A stretch of 64,000 nt of DNA from Polyangiaceae bacterium. GTDB taxonomy: Bacteria; Myxococcota_A; Polyangia; Polyangiales; Polyangiaceae. This document shows, piece after piece, positions 56,342 through 64,000 of the stretch. The translations under genes and the position numbers were made by a program. Below the pieces are notes generated by a model, which saw only the letters and a program-made list of their open reading frames with translations, was not told the origin of the DNA and ran no database searches. Every line of letters begins with the position of its first letter. The first letter of the stretch is position 1. The stretch is from NCBI GenBank assembly GCA_044376115.1, contig JBILLK010000030.1, forward strand, positions 1-64,000, given 5' to 3'.

Positions 56342-58564
56342 TCAGCGAGGCTCCACCGGCTTGGCCTGGGCTGCAAGCCTCACGGTTGAGCGCCCGAAAG
56401 GCACACCTGGAAGCAGCAGCGCGCCATCGACGCTGCTTACGACTGGCAGCGCAATTCCGGAGGGCAACAGCAGTGAAAGACCGACGGCACCCTGATTTCC
56501 AGCGACCGAAATCTGCGTCAGCGCAGCTAGCCCCGGCTCCATACCGATGAAGTTGAACAGCGGCGCGTGCTGCGCGGTCGAGCGCGCGAGCGCGCGCACG
56601 CGGCTGTCGGGATCGAGCGTGGCAGCTAGCCGAAGCACCGACTTGCCCTGAACCTCCTTGCGAGCTCGCAACGCGGTCACGATCGCCGCTCGAACCATCG
56701 GCTCTTCCTCGCTGCGATAGGCTTGGGCCAGCCACGAAGTGGCCGCCTTGACCTGGCAGTCGCGCAACCCGAAGGCCACGCTCGCGCGAATCGAAGGATC
56801 CCCGCTGGTCAAGAGCGCGCGCAGCCGCTCACGCTCCGCCTCGCCGATGCGCGCACCGAGCGCGCTGGCTGCGAGCGAGGCCAGCGCTCCGCCGTTCTCG
56901 GCCAGGCGAAAAAGCGTGAGCAGCGGCACCTCAGCGCCGCCCTCGAGCAGCGCGACGCCAGCGGCCAAATGTCGAAGCGACGGCGCTTCCGGATCCACCG
57001 AGGCAAACAGCTGAGCCAGCGCCGTGCGATCCTCTGGCCCGCTCACCAAGGCGCCACGCGCCGCACCGAAGAGCGCTGCGTCGGCGGCTTGCGTGACCAG
57101 CACCTCCTTCAGCGGATGAAGCTTCAACGCCACGAGCCCCAACGCGCCGAGTTCAATGTCCTCGGGGTACTTCGAGCGAAGCGCGCTTTCGAGCAAGGCC
57201 GGCAAGCCGTCCGCAGCTTCACCGCGCGCGATGCTTTGCATCACCGCGGCTCGCAACCAAGCGCGCCCCTCGGCGTCGAAGGTCGCTGCGTCTTTCAACC
57301 GCGCGAGCGCCGCTTCGATCGCCTGTTCGGCCTCCGGCTTGGCCGAGGTGCCGAGGGCGGTGATGGCCGCCGGCCCAACCACCGGATCGAGTACGGCCTT
57401 CGTCACTGGCTCGAAGCATCCGCAACGCGCGAACGCCATCGTGCGGCGCACTTGTTCGCCCTGCGTGAGGTCCTTCAGCTCCGCGAGGCTCTTGCATAGG
57501 CTCGGCGAGCCCACGTTGCCGGCGAGCTCGAGCGCGCGGCTGCGCACCTCCGCGTGCGATAGCGCCGCTTTGACGAAGCGCGCCGCCTCTGCGTCGCCCG
57601 CGAGGTCGAGCGCTTCCCCAGCGGCTAGCACGAGGCGCGGATCCGACGTTTCCTCCCAGCCGCGAATGACGTTGAGCGAGATCCCGTCTCCCAGCTTGGC
57701 CAGCGCGATCGCCGCCGCTGCTCGTTGCGCGCGATCCGTGCGGTCCAACTCCAGACGTAGCGCTGGGATGCTGCGGACGTCACCCAGATCGCCAAGAAAC
57801 GAAACCACCGTCGGGTTGAGCGAGCGCGAGGTGGGACCGAGCTCGAGGTTGCATTCATCACCCTCGCAGCTCGGCTCTGCATCGAGCGCGGGCTTCGTCG
57901 ATTTCTCGGGCTTCAACGGCTTGTCGGCCTTTGCCGTGAGCATGACCGTGGCGGGCGGCTTGCTCGGCTCGAACTCGTTCTCCTCGAACAGTAAGCCCGT
58001 CAGCCGTCGCGGCGGGTAGGCGAGCAGCGCCATCCGCGCCGGATCTCCCGCAGCCCCGCGAAGCAGTGCGGCGGAGATCAGCAACCGCAGCGCGGGCTCG
58101 TCTCCGCGCGCGGCGAGGGCAAGCGCCGCGGTTTCACGGACCATCGTCGACAGCGAGTTGGTGGTGTCGCGTTTACCGCCGGCATCGAGCATCTCACGCG
58201 CCAAATACGCGCGAACTTCCTCGCGTTCGGCGAAGGCAGCCAGGCCGCGCACCAAGCGCAACCGCCCGGCGCTGTCTCGCGAGAGCGGGCTGCCAGACTC
58301 GAGCGCCTCGAGCAGTGCGTTGATCGCTTCCGGCGTTCCAACCGTGACCAAACGGTCAACCGCACGATGCCGTTCTCTCGCGTTCAGTGAGAACAGACCG
58401 GCGCGCCCCTCTTCCAGCCCGAACTGCTCTGAGAGCGCTCCGGGGGCCCTCGTTGGGGTCTCGGCCGCGAGCAGCTGGGCCTGGGCCTCGGCCGTTGGAA
58501 GCGCCAGGAACAGCGCGTAGCTCGCCGCTCGAAGCGACTTCCAGCTTGGCCTCCCGCTCCGCAT
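56342..58564 (-). CDS. secreted HEAT-repeat protein
   Basis: Signal peptide ending AQA, repeated HEAT/PBS-lyase motifs (GTPEAINALL, LGDVRSIPAL, AAAIALAKLGD, DP.IRA). ATG at 58564. Confidence 0.8.
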   Translation of the reverse strand: MRSGRPSWKSLRAASYALFLALPTAEAQAQLLAAETPTRAPGALSEQFGLEEGRAGLFSLNARERHRAVDRLVTVGTPEAINALLEALESGSPLSRDSAGRLRLVRGLAAFAEREEVRAYLAREMLDAGGKRDTTNSLSTMVRETAALALAARGDEPALRLLISAALLRGAAGDPARMALLAYPPRRLTGLLFEENEFEPSKPPATVMLTAKADKPLKPEKSTKPALDAEPSCEGDECNLELGPTSRSLNPTVVSFLGDLGDVRSIPALRLELDRTDRAQRAAAAIALAKLGDGISLNVIRGWEETSDPRLVLAAGEALDLAGDAEAARFVKAALSHAEVRSRALELAGNVGSPSLCKSLAELKDLTQGEQVRRTMAFARCGCFEPVTKAVLDPVVGPAAITALGTSAKPEAEQAIEAALARLKDAATFDAEGRAWLRAAVMQSIARGEAADGLPALLESALRSKYPEDIELGALGLVALKLHPLKEVLVTQAADAALFGAARGALVSGPEDRTALAQLFASVDPEAPSLRHLAAGVALLEGGAEVPLLTLFRLAENGGALASLAASALGARIGEAERERLRALLTSGDPSIRASVAFGLRDCQVKAATSWLAQAYRSEEEPMVRAAIVTALRARKEVQGKSVLRLAATLDPDSRVRALARSTAQHAPLFNFIGMEPGLAALTQISVAGNQGAVGLSLLLPSGIALPVVSSVDGALLLPGVPFGRSTVRLAAQAKPVEPR

Positions 58565-58687
58565 GCCTACGACCTCTACCGTGCTCCCGCAGTCCCGTCG
58601 AGGAGCGAGCGCTGGCGAACGAAGATCGCAGAAAGGAAGCACAATTCTGGCTCCCCGGCAGCGCCTGAGTCCGCTAGGTTGCGCCGC

Positions 58688-60580
58688 ATGATGCTGCCGA
58701 AAATTGCGGAACGTATGGTCACATATGCCGCGAAGGGCGTGTGGTCGGCGCTTCAGCTCGCGAATGAGTATTCGAGCGAGCCGGCGCCTTTCCACCCGAA
58801 GTGGAGCGATAAACCCATCCCTCGCGGCTCCGCGAGGACCAAGCCGCCGCTCGGTTGGCCGCGGCACACCGACAGCTTGTGCCCCGTGTGCGTGAAGGAA
58901 GCGCGCACCGCCATCCTGCGCGGAGATGAGGACATCGCCCATCTCATCCACGACAAGCCGGGCGAGATCCGCGCGCTGATTCACGAGAAAGACGGCAAGC
59001 TCGTGATGGAGAAGACCTGCCCGCAGCACGGTCACTTCGAAGACGTGATGGCCATCGACACGAAGTTCTTCGAGCGACTCGAGAGCCTATTTCCCGGGCG
59101 GGACGTGACGATCGCGGCGGACGCGCTGCATGACCACGGCTCCAGCTCGATCAAATACGGCCGCGGCGGCGTGCTCACGGTGGACCTCACCAACCGCTGC
59201 AACATGATGTGCGACCCGTGCTTCATGGACGCCAATCAGGTCGGTTACGTGCACGAGTTGAGCTGGGAGGAGATCCAGAAGATCCTCGATGACGCGATCA
59301 GCGTGAAGCCGCGTCGTCAGATGTCGATTCAGTTCTCAGGCGGTGAGCCGACGCTGAGCCCGCACTTCCTCGACGCCATCCGTTATGCGCGCAAGCTCGG
59401 CTACTTCGCCGTGCAATGCGCTAGCAACGGGCTGCGTTTTGCCGAGGAGCCCGGCTTCGCCGCGCAGGCGAAAGAGGCTGGTTTGCGCATGGTGTACCTG
59501 CAGTTCGACGGCGTGACCAACGAGGCCAACTCGCACCGCAAGATCAAGAACCTGTACGACGTGAAGCTGCGCGCGATCGAAGAGTGCGCCAAAGTCGGGA
59601 TCGACGTGATCTTGGTGGTGACGATCGTCAACGGCGTCAACGACGATCAGGTCGGGCCGATCGTCCAGTTCGCGGTGGATAACGCCGACAAGATCACGGT
59701 GGTGAGCTTTCAGCCGGTGAGCTTCACCGGCCGGGATGAAGACGTCGACACCGAGACGCGGATGAAGCAGCGCTACACGCTCAGCCACCTCGCGCATGAC
59801 GTGGCTACGCAGGCCAAGGTCACCCAGCCAATGCGCGATTGGTTCCCGCTATCAGCGCTCTCGCCCTTCGGTGACGTGTGCGACCTGATGGACGGCCCGG
59901 ACCGCGCCTTCGGCCAGCTCAAGTGCGGCTGTCACCCCAACTGCGGCATCGGCACCGTGCTGTTCGTCAACAAGCGCACCAAGCAGATGGTGCCGCTCGT
60001 GGAGTTCCTCAACCTCGAGGGCATCCTCCAAGACATGCGCGCCATCTTCGATGCGGGCCGTAGCAAGCAGCTAACCGTGGCCCAGTTGGTGGCCTCGGTG
60101 TTGCGGCACTACAACGCCGACAAGGCGCCCCCGGGCTTCACGGTCGAGACGCTGATCAAGCAGTTCATGAGCCAGATGGGCGCACGCCACAAAGAGAATG
60201 ACGCCGGCGAGTTCGAGTGGCGCGTGCTTTTCGTCGCGGGCATGTGGTTCCAAGATCTCTTCAACTACGACTTCCGCCGCACCGAGATGTGCATCATCCC
60301 GTACGGCACGCAGCTCGGGGAGATCTCCTTCTGCGCCTACAACACAGGCGCGGGTTGGCGGAACGTGATCGAGAAGATGAAGGCCAACGCGACGGTGGCT
60401 GAGTGGTACGCCCGCTACGGCAGGCACCCGGTTCACGCCAAAGACCGTGACCTGCCGCTGCCCGAGTTCGACAACCCGATCACGGTGAAAGAGCATGAAC
60501 TCGCGCTCAAAGAGCGCGCAGCTCCCGCGCCCCCGCCCAAGCGCAAGAAGCTCAAACACCTGCCGGTGATTGCATCGTAG
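58688..60580 (+). CDS. radical SAM protein, tetraether lipid synthase (Tes/GDGT-MAS, MJ0619/COG1964) family
   Basis: N-terminal SLCPVC...KTCPQHG.F.D, DLTNRCNMMCDPCF (CX3CX2C), QFSGGEPT, VYLQFDG, GVNDDQVG, FQPVSFTGR, HPNCG, MWFQD.FNYD, CII.Y, SFCAYN. Confidence 0.88.
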   Translation: MMLPKIAERMVTYAAKGVWSALQLANEYSSEPAPFHPKWSDKPIPRGSARTKPPLGWPRHTDSLCPVCVKEARTAILRGDEDIAHLIHDKPGEIRALIHEKDGKLVMEKTCPQHGHFEDVMAIDTKFFERLESLFPGRDVTIAADALHDHGSSSIKYGRGGVLTVDLTNRCNMMCDPCFMDANQVGYVHELSWEEIQKILDDAISVKPRRQMSIQFSGGEPTLSPHFLDAIRYARKLGYFAVQCASNGLRFAEEPGFAAQAKEAGLRMVYLQFDGVTNEANSHRKIKNLYDVKLRAIEECAKVGIDVILVVTIVNGVNDDQVGPIVQFAVDNADKITVVSFQPVSFTGRDEDVDTETRMKQRYTLSHLAHDVATQAKVTQPMRDWFPLSALSPFGDVCDLMDGPDRAFGQLKCGCHPNCGIGTVLFVNKRTKQMVPLVEFLNLEGILQDMRAIFDAGRSKQLTVAQLVASVLRHYNADKAPPGFTVETLIKQFMSQMGARHKENDAGEFEWRVLFVAGMWFQDLFNYDFRRTEMCIIPYGTQLGEISFCAYNTGAGWRNVIEKMKANATVAEWYARYGRHPVHAKDRDLPLPEFDNPITVKEHELALKERAAPAPPPKRKKLKHLPVIAS

Positions 60581-60600
60581 CCAGCGTGCTTCTCCGCTGA

Positions 60601-61101
60601 ATGATCGCGACCGTGGGGGCGGCTTGGAAATGGCTGGTGGTTGCGGCGCTGTCCGCGACCCCAGCCCTTTTAGCGGGGCAAGCCGCTGGCGTCGCGGTTG
60701 GGCTTTATTGGGAATTGCCGCTACCAGGCATTCTGGTCACGGCGGCGGTCAGCGGTTTCCTCGAGGCGTTAGCGGTCATTCGGCTGGCGCAGTGGGGCGA
60801 AACACGCCCGCGCATCGCACGCTGGCTCGAGCATCGGCGCACCCCGCGCGCGCTTTCTTGGGCTCAGCGGTTTGGACCGTGGGGAGGGCTGCTCTTAGGC
60901 GGGGCGACGGTGGGTCAAGAGCCGATCATCTTCGCGCTGATCTGGCTGCGGGTGGAGCCGCGCCGCTTGCTCCTGCCGCTGGCCTTCGCCAATGCGCTCT
61001 ATACCGCGGTTGGTTATTACCTAGTAAAAGCCGGCTGGGCCGAGTTCGCCACGTTGGCTCAGCTTTGGGAGGACCTCAAGCTGCTGTGGTCGCTCGAGTA
61101 A
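60601..61101 (+). CDS. small membrane protein (possible small multi-drug export-like family)
   Basis: Several hydrophobic helices and a RFGPWGGLLLG motif; starts 20 bp downstream of the radical SAM gene. Confidence 0.6.
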   Translation: MIATVGAAWKWLVVAALSATPALLAGQAAGVAVGLYWELPLPGILVTAAVSGFLEALAVIRLAQWGETRPRIARWLEHRRTPRALSWAQRFGPWGGLLLGGATVGQEPIIFALIWLRVEPRRLLLPLAFANALYTAVGYYLVKAGWAEFATLAQLWEDLKLLWSLE

Positions 61102-61113
61102 TTGCTGCTCCTA

Positions 61114-63999
61114 CTAGCGACCCAAGGCGAGGATTTTATCCCGCATACCAGGCTCCGCGTGCTCGAGCGCGCGCTCGACCTCTTTGCGCAGCTCCGCAGC
61201 CTGCTCCTGGCGGTTCGTCTGCTGGTAAAGCGCTGCGAGTTTGAGCCGGGCGATCAACTTGTCGAGCGTGGCGACGTCGAACGCTATCGGTATCATCGCT
61301 AACTTGTATTGCTGCTCGAGCTGCTCCTGCGGCGCCTTCTCGGCTGCGAGCAATTCAGCGTATTCGAGCGCGTTGACGATGCGGGCGCGGGTCCACACGT
61401 TGCTGCGGCTGCTCAAGATCCCGAGCGCCTTTTTATCGCCATAGGCGGCGCGCAACAGCGGAATCACATAGAAGGCGTCGGTCTCCATTTTGGAGGCGAC
61501 CACCTCGTCAGCGGCTTTGATGAGCTCCGGCTTGCTGGCCTTGCTCGCCATCAACAGACTCGCGCTAAGGCGGGTCTTCACCCAGTCGGGCAGGGCTGCG
61601 TCCTCCGCGGTGACCTCGCGCAGGAAGGTCGATAGCTTTGGGTCGACCGGCTCGCGCAGCGTACGGTTGAGCCGAAACAGGGCGATGCCGCGTTGCACTG
61701 CCGCACGCGGGTCCTGCAGATCGCGCAGCCGCGTCATGTCGGCGTCCAGCGCAACGCGCGCCGCGCCGATGCGACCGCTTTGCAGCTGAGCGGCGATCAC
61801 CAGAGCCATAGCCGCGGAGCGCATAACCTCGCGGCCGTCTGCCAGTGCCGGTTGGGCGAGCTCGCGCGCTCGCTCTGGATCGAGCGAGGCCAGCGCCAAC
61901 TCAGCGCCGAGCAACCGGCTGGCGAAGATCGTGTCGCCCGTTCCGTAGACCGCGGTGCAAAGGGCCAGCTGCTCTTTGGCCTCGGCCAGTTTGCTGTCGT
62001 GTAAGTAGTCGTCGAAGCGCCCACTGAGACAGCCTTTCTCGGGCAAGATCTCCGCAAGCCGATTCAGGTACTTTTGGTTGCGGGCAGCATCCCGTTGCGG
62101 CGAGCCGTTCACGGCGTTGTTGAGCGGCAATACCGCGTAGGTCGGGAAGCGTTGGGCGACGCCGTCCACCACGCCAAAGCCTTCATCCGGTGCGGTTTGC
62201 AGCACCACCGCGCCGTAGAGCCCGCTCACGTCGGGATCATCGACGGCCTCGAGCGAAGCCTGACGAAAAAGCCGAATGGCCTCCTCGTATTTGGCGCTGT
62301 CACCGATCAAGAGTGCGAGCCCGCGTAGCGCCTTGGCGCGATGAGGCGGCAAGCGATCAAGCGTCTCCAGCACCTTCTTGCAGGCTTCCACCGAGGTCTT
62401 GCCGCCGCGCGCCTCGACCAGGCAAGCCATGGCGTGGGACCACGGTGAGGTGCTCTCGCTCGCGACCAGCTCACGCACCGCGAGCAACGGGTCTTCGAGA
62501 TCCCCCACCAGCAGCTTGCGCCAGGTGCGCTCGATGCGGCGCGCCGACTCGTCGTTGTCGGCGCCCCAAGCCTTGCGCTCGGCCTCGCTCAGCGCGCGCG
62601 GCGCGATGGTTGGTGCGAGCTTGTTGACGGCGGCGATCATGGCGTCAAACGGCGAAGGCCCGCTGCCTTCGGCTGAGCGACCTTCGACCTTGATGGTCAC
62701 GATGTTGGGCGAGCCTGTGCGCAGCTGCACCTCGACGGGCGTGAACGCCGCGAGATCGGTCTTGGGGCCGCGCGCTCCTTCGTGGCCCCAGGGCAGGCCG
62801 GTCTCGATGCCGAGCCGCGAGCAGGCTCCGATACCGATCACAGCGGCCAACGGGCCAGCGCTCACGGTGGGCTCGAGCGTCGCCGACTGACAGCGGAAAC
62901 CGCTCAGCACCACGGGTGGGCTCACCGTCTGCGCCGAGCTGCTGGCCTTCGCCGACGTCGGGCCGAAATCGAAGACGAGCCGGCCGGAGCCCGAAGCGAT
63001 GCCGAAGATGATCACCGCGATGATCAGCGTGCCGAGCCCGGCGGCGATCCAAAAGAAGATGCGAGCGGCGCCACGCGCGGTGCGTACGGCCGTGCTCTGG
63101 TGCGAGCGCGTGAGCGGTGGTTGGGTTTTGCCGCCTTCGCTCAGGGAGGTCTTTTCGCTCGCTCGCTCAGCGTAGGGTTCGAGCGCTTGTGCGGCCTCGG
63201 AGAGCGAGCTGAAGCGCTCGGCGGGGGCTTTGCTGAGCGCGCGCATGACCGCTGCCGCGACCTCGGCGGGCAGCCCCGGAACCTTGCTCGCCACGTCGGG
63301 GATGGGCGAACTCAGGATCTTCGATACCAGGGCCAGCCCTTGATCTTCGGCGAACGGCGCTTCTCCGGAAAGCAGCTCGTAGGCCGTCATGCCCCAGGAA
63401 TATTGATCGCTGCGGGCGTCGAGCGGCTCGCCGCGCAGCTGCTCCGGCGACGCGTAACGTGGCGTGCCCACGAAGGCGCCGCGCGCGGTGAGTGAAGGCT
63501 CGTTCGCCTTGGGGATCTCGGTGGGGGCGCTGGCATCGAAGGGCTGCGCGCTGCGTTTGGCGACGCCAAAGTCGAGCACTTTGACCCGGCCGTCGCGGCG
63601 CACCATCACGTTGTCCGGCTTTATGTCGCGGTGGATCAGCCCGGCCGCCTCGGCTGCCGCGAGCGCCCGCGCGACGTCGGCCAGCCAGCCGATCTTCACG
63701 GCGAGCGGGGTGGTTTCATCGCCGACGAAGCTGCGCAGCGAGCTGCCGCGCACGAGCTCCATGGCGATGTAGGCCTGCTCTTCGGGACCACCTTCATCGC
63801 TCAGGCCGGCGTCGAACACCGTGACGACGTTGGGATGCTCGAAGGCCGCGGCGGCGCGCGCCTCGCGCAACATGCGCAAACGGGCCTCGGCGTCCCCGTC
63901 GGCGGGCAGCAGCTTGAGCGCCACGCGCCGCTCGAGCACCTTGTCTTCGGCCTCGTAGACCTCCCCCATACCGCCACGACCGAGCAGTGAGTGGAGGGT
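61114..63999 (-). CDS. membrane-spanning Ser/Thr kinase with extracytoplasmic helical/TPR domain (5'-partial)
   Basis: Frame is open to the window edge (LLGRGGMGEVY), VALK, HRDIKPDN, DFG, GTPRYASPEQ; TM IFFWIAAGLGTLIIAVIIFGI. Confidence 0.93.
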   Translation of the reverse strand, partial: TLHSLLGRGGMGEVYEAEDKVLERRVALKLLPADGDAEARLRMLREARAAAAFEHPNVVTVFDAGLSDEGGPEEQAYIAMELVRGSSLRSFVGDETTPLAVKIGWLADVARALAAAEAAGLIHRDIKPDNVMVRRDGRVKVLDFGVAKRSAQPFDASAPTEIPKANEPSLTARGAFVGTPRYASPEQLRGEPLDARSDQYSWGMTAYELLSGEAPFAEDQGLALVSKILSSPIPDVASKVPGLPAEVAAAVMRALSKAPAERFSSLSEAAQALEPYAERASEKTSLSEGGKTQPPLTRSHQSTAVRTARGAARIFFWIAAGLGTLIIAVIIFGIASGSGRLVFDFGPTSAKASSSAQTVSPPVVLSGFRCQSATLEPTVSAGPLAAVIGIGACSRLGIETGLPWGHEGARGPKTDLAAFTPVEVQLRTGSPNIVTIKVEGRSAEGSGPSPFDAMIAAVNKLAPTIAPRALSEAERKAWGADNDESARRIERTWRKLLVGDLEDPLLAVRELVASESTSPWSHAMACLVEARGGKTSVEACKKVLETLDRLPPHRAKALRGLALLIGDSAKYEEAIRLFRQASLEAVDDPDVSGLYGAVVLQTAPDEGFGVVDGVAQRFPTYAVLPLNNAVNGSPQRDAARNQKYLNRLAEILPEKGCLSGRFDDYLHDSKLAEAKEQLALCTAVYGTGDTIFASRLLGAELALASLDPERARELAQPALADGREVMRSAAMALVIAAQLQSGRIGAARVALDADMTRLRDLQDPRAAVQRGIALFRLNRTLREPVDPKLSTFLREVTAEDAALPDWVKTRLSASLLMASKASKPELIKAADEVVASKMETDAFYVIPLLRAAYGDKKALGILSSRSNVWTRARIVNALEYAELLAAEKAPQEQLEQQYKLAMIPIAFDVATLDKLIARLKLAALYQQTNRQEQAAELRKEVERALEHAEPGMRDKILALGR

Positions 64000-64000
64000 G

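Noticed and set aside
58565..59035. N-terminal extension of the 897-aa ORF 56342..59035
   Set aside because: It overlaps the radical SAM gene on the opposite strand. The signal peptide begins at ATG 58564.

Overview
GC-rich bacterial chromosomal segment. Its gene content points to Myxococcota, probably Polyangiaceae-like; this is an inference from a MYXO-CTERM tail, a DUF1592/DUF1552 pair, Gly-rich lipoproteins, four Hanks-type Ser/Thr kinases and tandem HDOD genes. It begins inside a T6SS/polymorphic-toxin accessory cluster (DUF3396-like immunity, TIGR02270-like, DUF2169, PRK06147-like). Housekeeping genes follow (argB, murA, xseB, slyX, a thiolase, a CinA-like protein), mixed with many secreted lipoproteins and hydrolases. 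Main highlights: (1) a radical SAM enzyme of the tetraether lipid synthase (Tes/GDGT-MAS, MJ0619) family; (2) a coupled operon with a DUF3570 outer-membrane barrel and three lipoproteins carrying CX2CH/CX4CH heme-type motifs, followed by a sigma-54 response regulator, which is a candidate porin-cytochrome module; (3) a C-type-lectin lipoprotein gene bracketed by a perfect 33-bp direct repeat that duplicates the murA 3' end; (4) a lower-GC islet of orphan immunity-like genes, including a frameshifted Imm11/DUF1629 gene, preceded by two related 49-bp palindromes and a 15-bp tandem repeat; (5) REP-like GGGCAC inverted repeats and a frameshifted glycoside-hydrolase-like lipoprotein. No rRNA, bona fide tRNA, CRISPR array, integrase or transposase was recognised. 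All family calls come from motif recognition by eye, not from database searches.
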